Shown: positions 63,970 to 64,000 of the stretch, piece after piece | Layout: each line of letters begins with the position of its first letter | How positions within the stretch are numbered: position 1 is the first letter of the stretch | Source of the DNA: Octopus bimaculoides | Lineage: Eukaryota | Direction: 5' to 3' | NCBI RefSeq assembly: GCF_001194135.2 | Contig: NC_068990.1 | Span: 19,400,606-19,464,605 of the forward strand | DNA length: 64,000 nt | Position numbers and translations under genes: made by a program | The notes under the pieces: model-generated | What the model saw: only the letters and a program-made list of their open reading frames with translations | Databases searched by the model: none | Told to the model about the DNA's origin: nothing

Positions 63970-64000
63970 GCACATATTTATTACAAAACTCCGAAGCTAC

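Noticed and set aside
3771-63975. Many long ORFs in the track rich in [13 protein letters not shown]
   Set aside because: They are translations of (TA)n, (TG)n and (CA)n microsatellites and N gaps, not genes.

Overview
AT-rich eukaryotic scaffold with 11 large N gaps and very dense (TA)n/(CA)n/(TAA)n/(GATA)n microsatellites. The repeat families look like cephalopod (Octopus-type) genomic DNA; this is inferred from recalled SINE/LINE families, not from a database search. No complete, nameable host protein-coding gene, rRNA, intact tRNA or CRISPR array is supportable, and most ORFs in the supplied track are microsatellite or gap artefacts. Well supported: (i) dozens of tRNA-headed SINEs from at least three families, including nested copies with TSDs; (ii) decayed non-LTR retrotransposons (R4/Dong-like RLE elements in TAA arrays, CR1/L2-like RT, RTE-like 3' ends); (iii) a Tc1/mariner transposase remnant; (iv) several MITEs (Tigger/pogo-like, hAT-like, and one long-TIR element carrying a tRNA-like cassette). 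The window looks like a long intron or gene desert. The best leads are a textbook recursive-splice-site motif (polyY-CAG|GTAAGT, 11964-11987), a cluster of frame-compatible small exons at 16.3-17.9 kb, candidate exons and microexons on the minus strand, a membrane-helix exon candidate near 50.5 kb, and the tRNA-carrying MITE. All exon calls are motif-level hypotheses that need RNA-seq.
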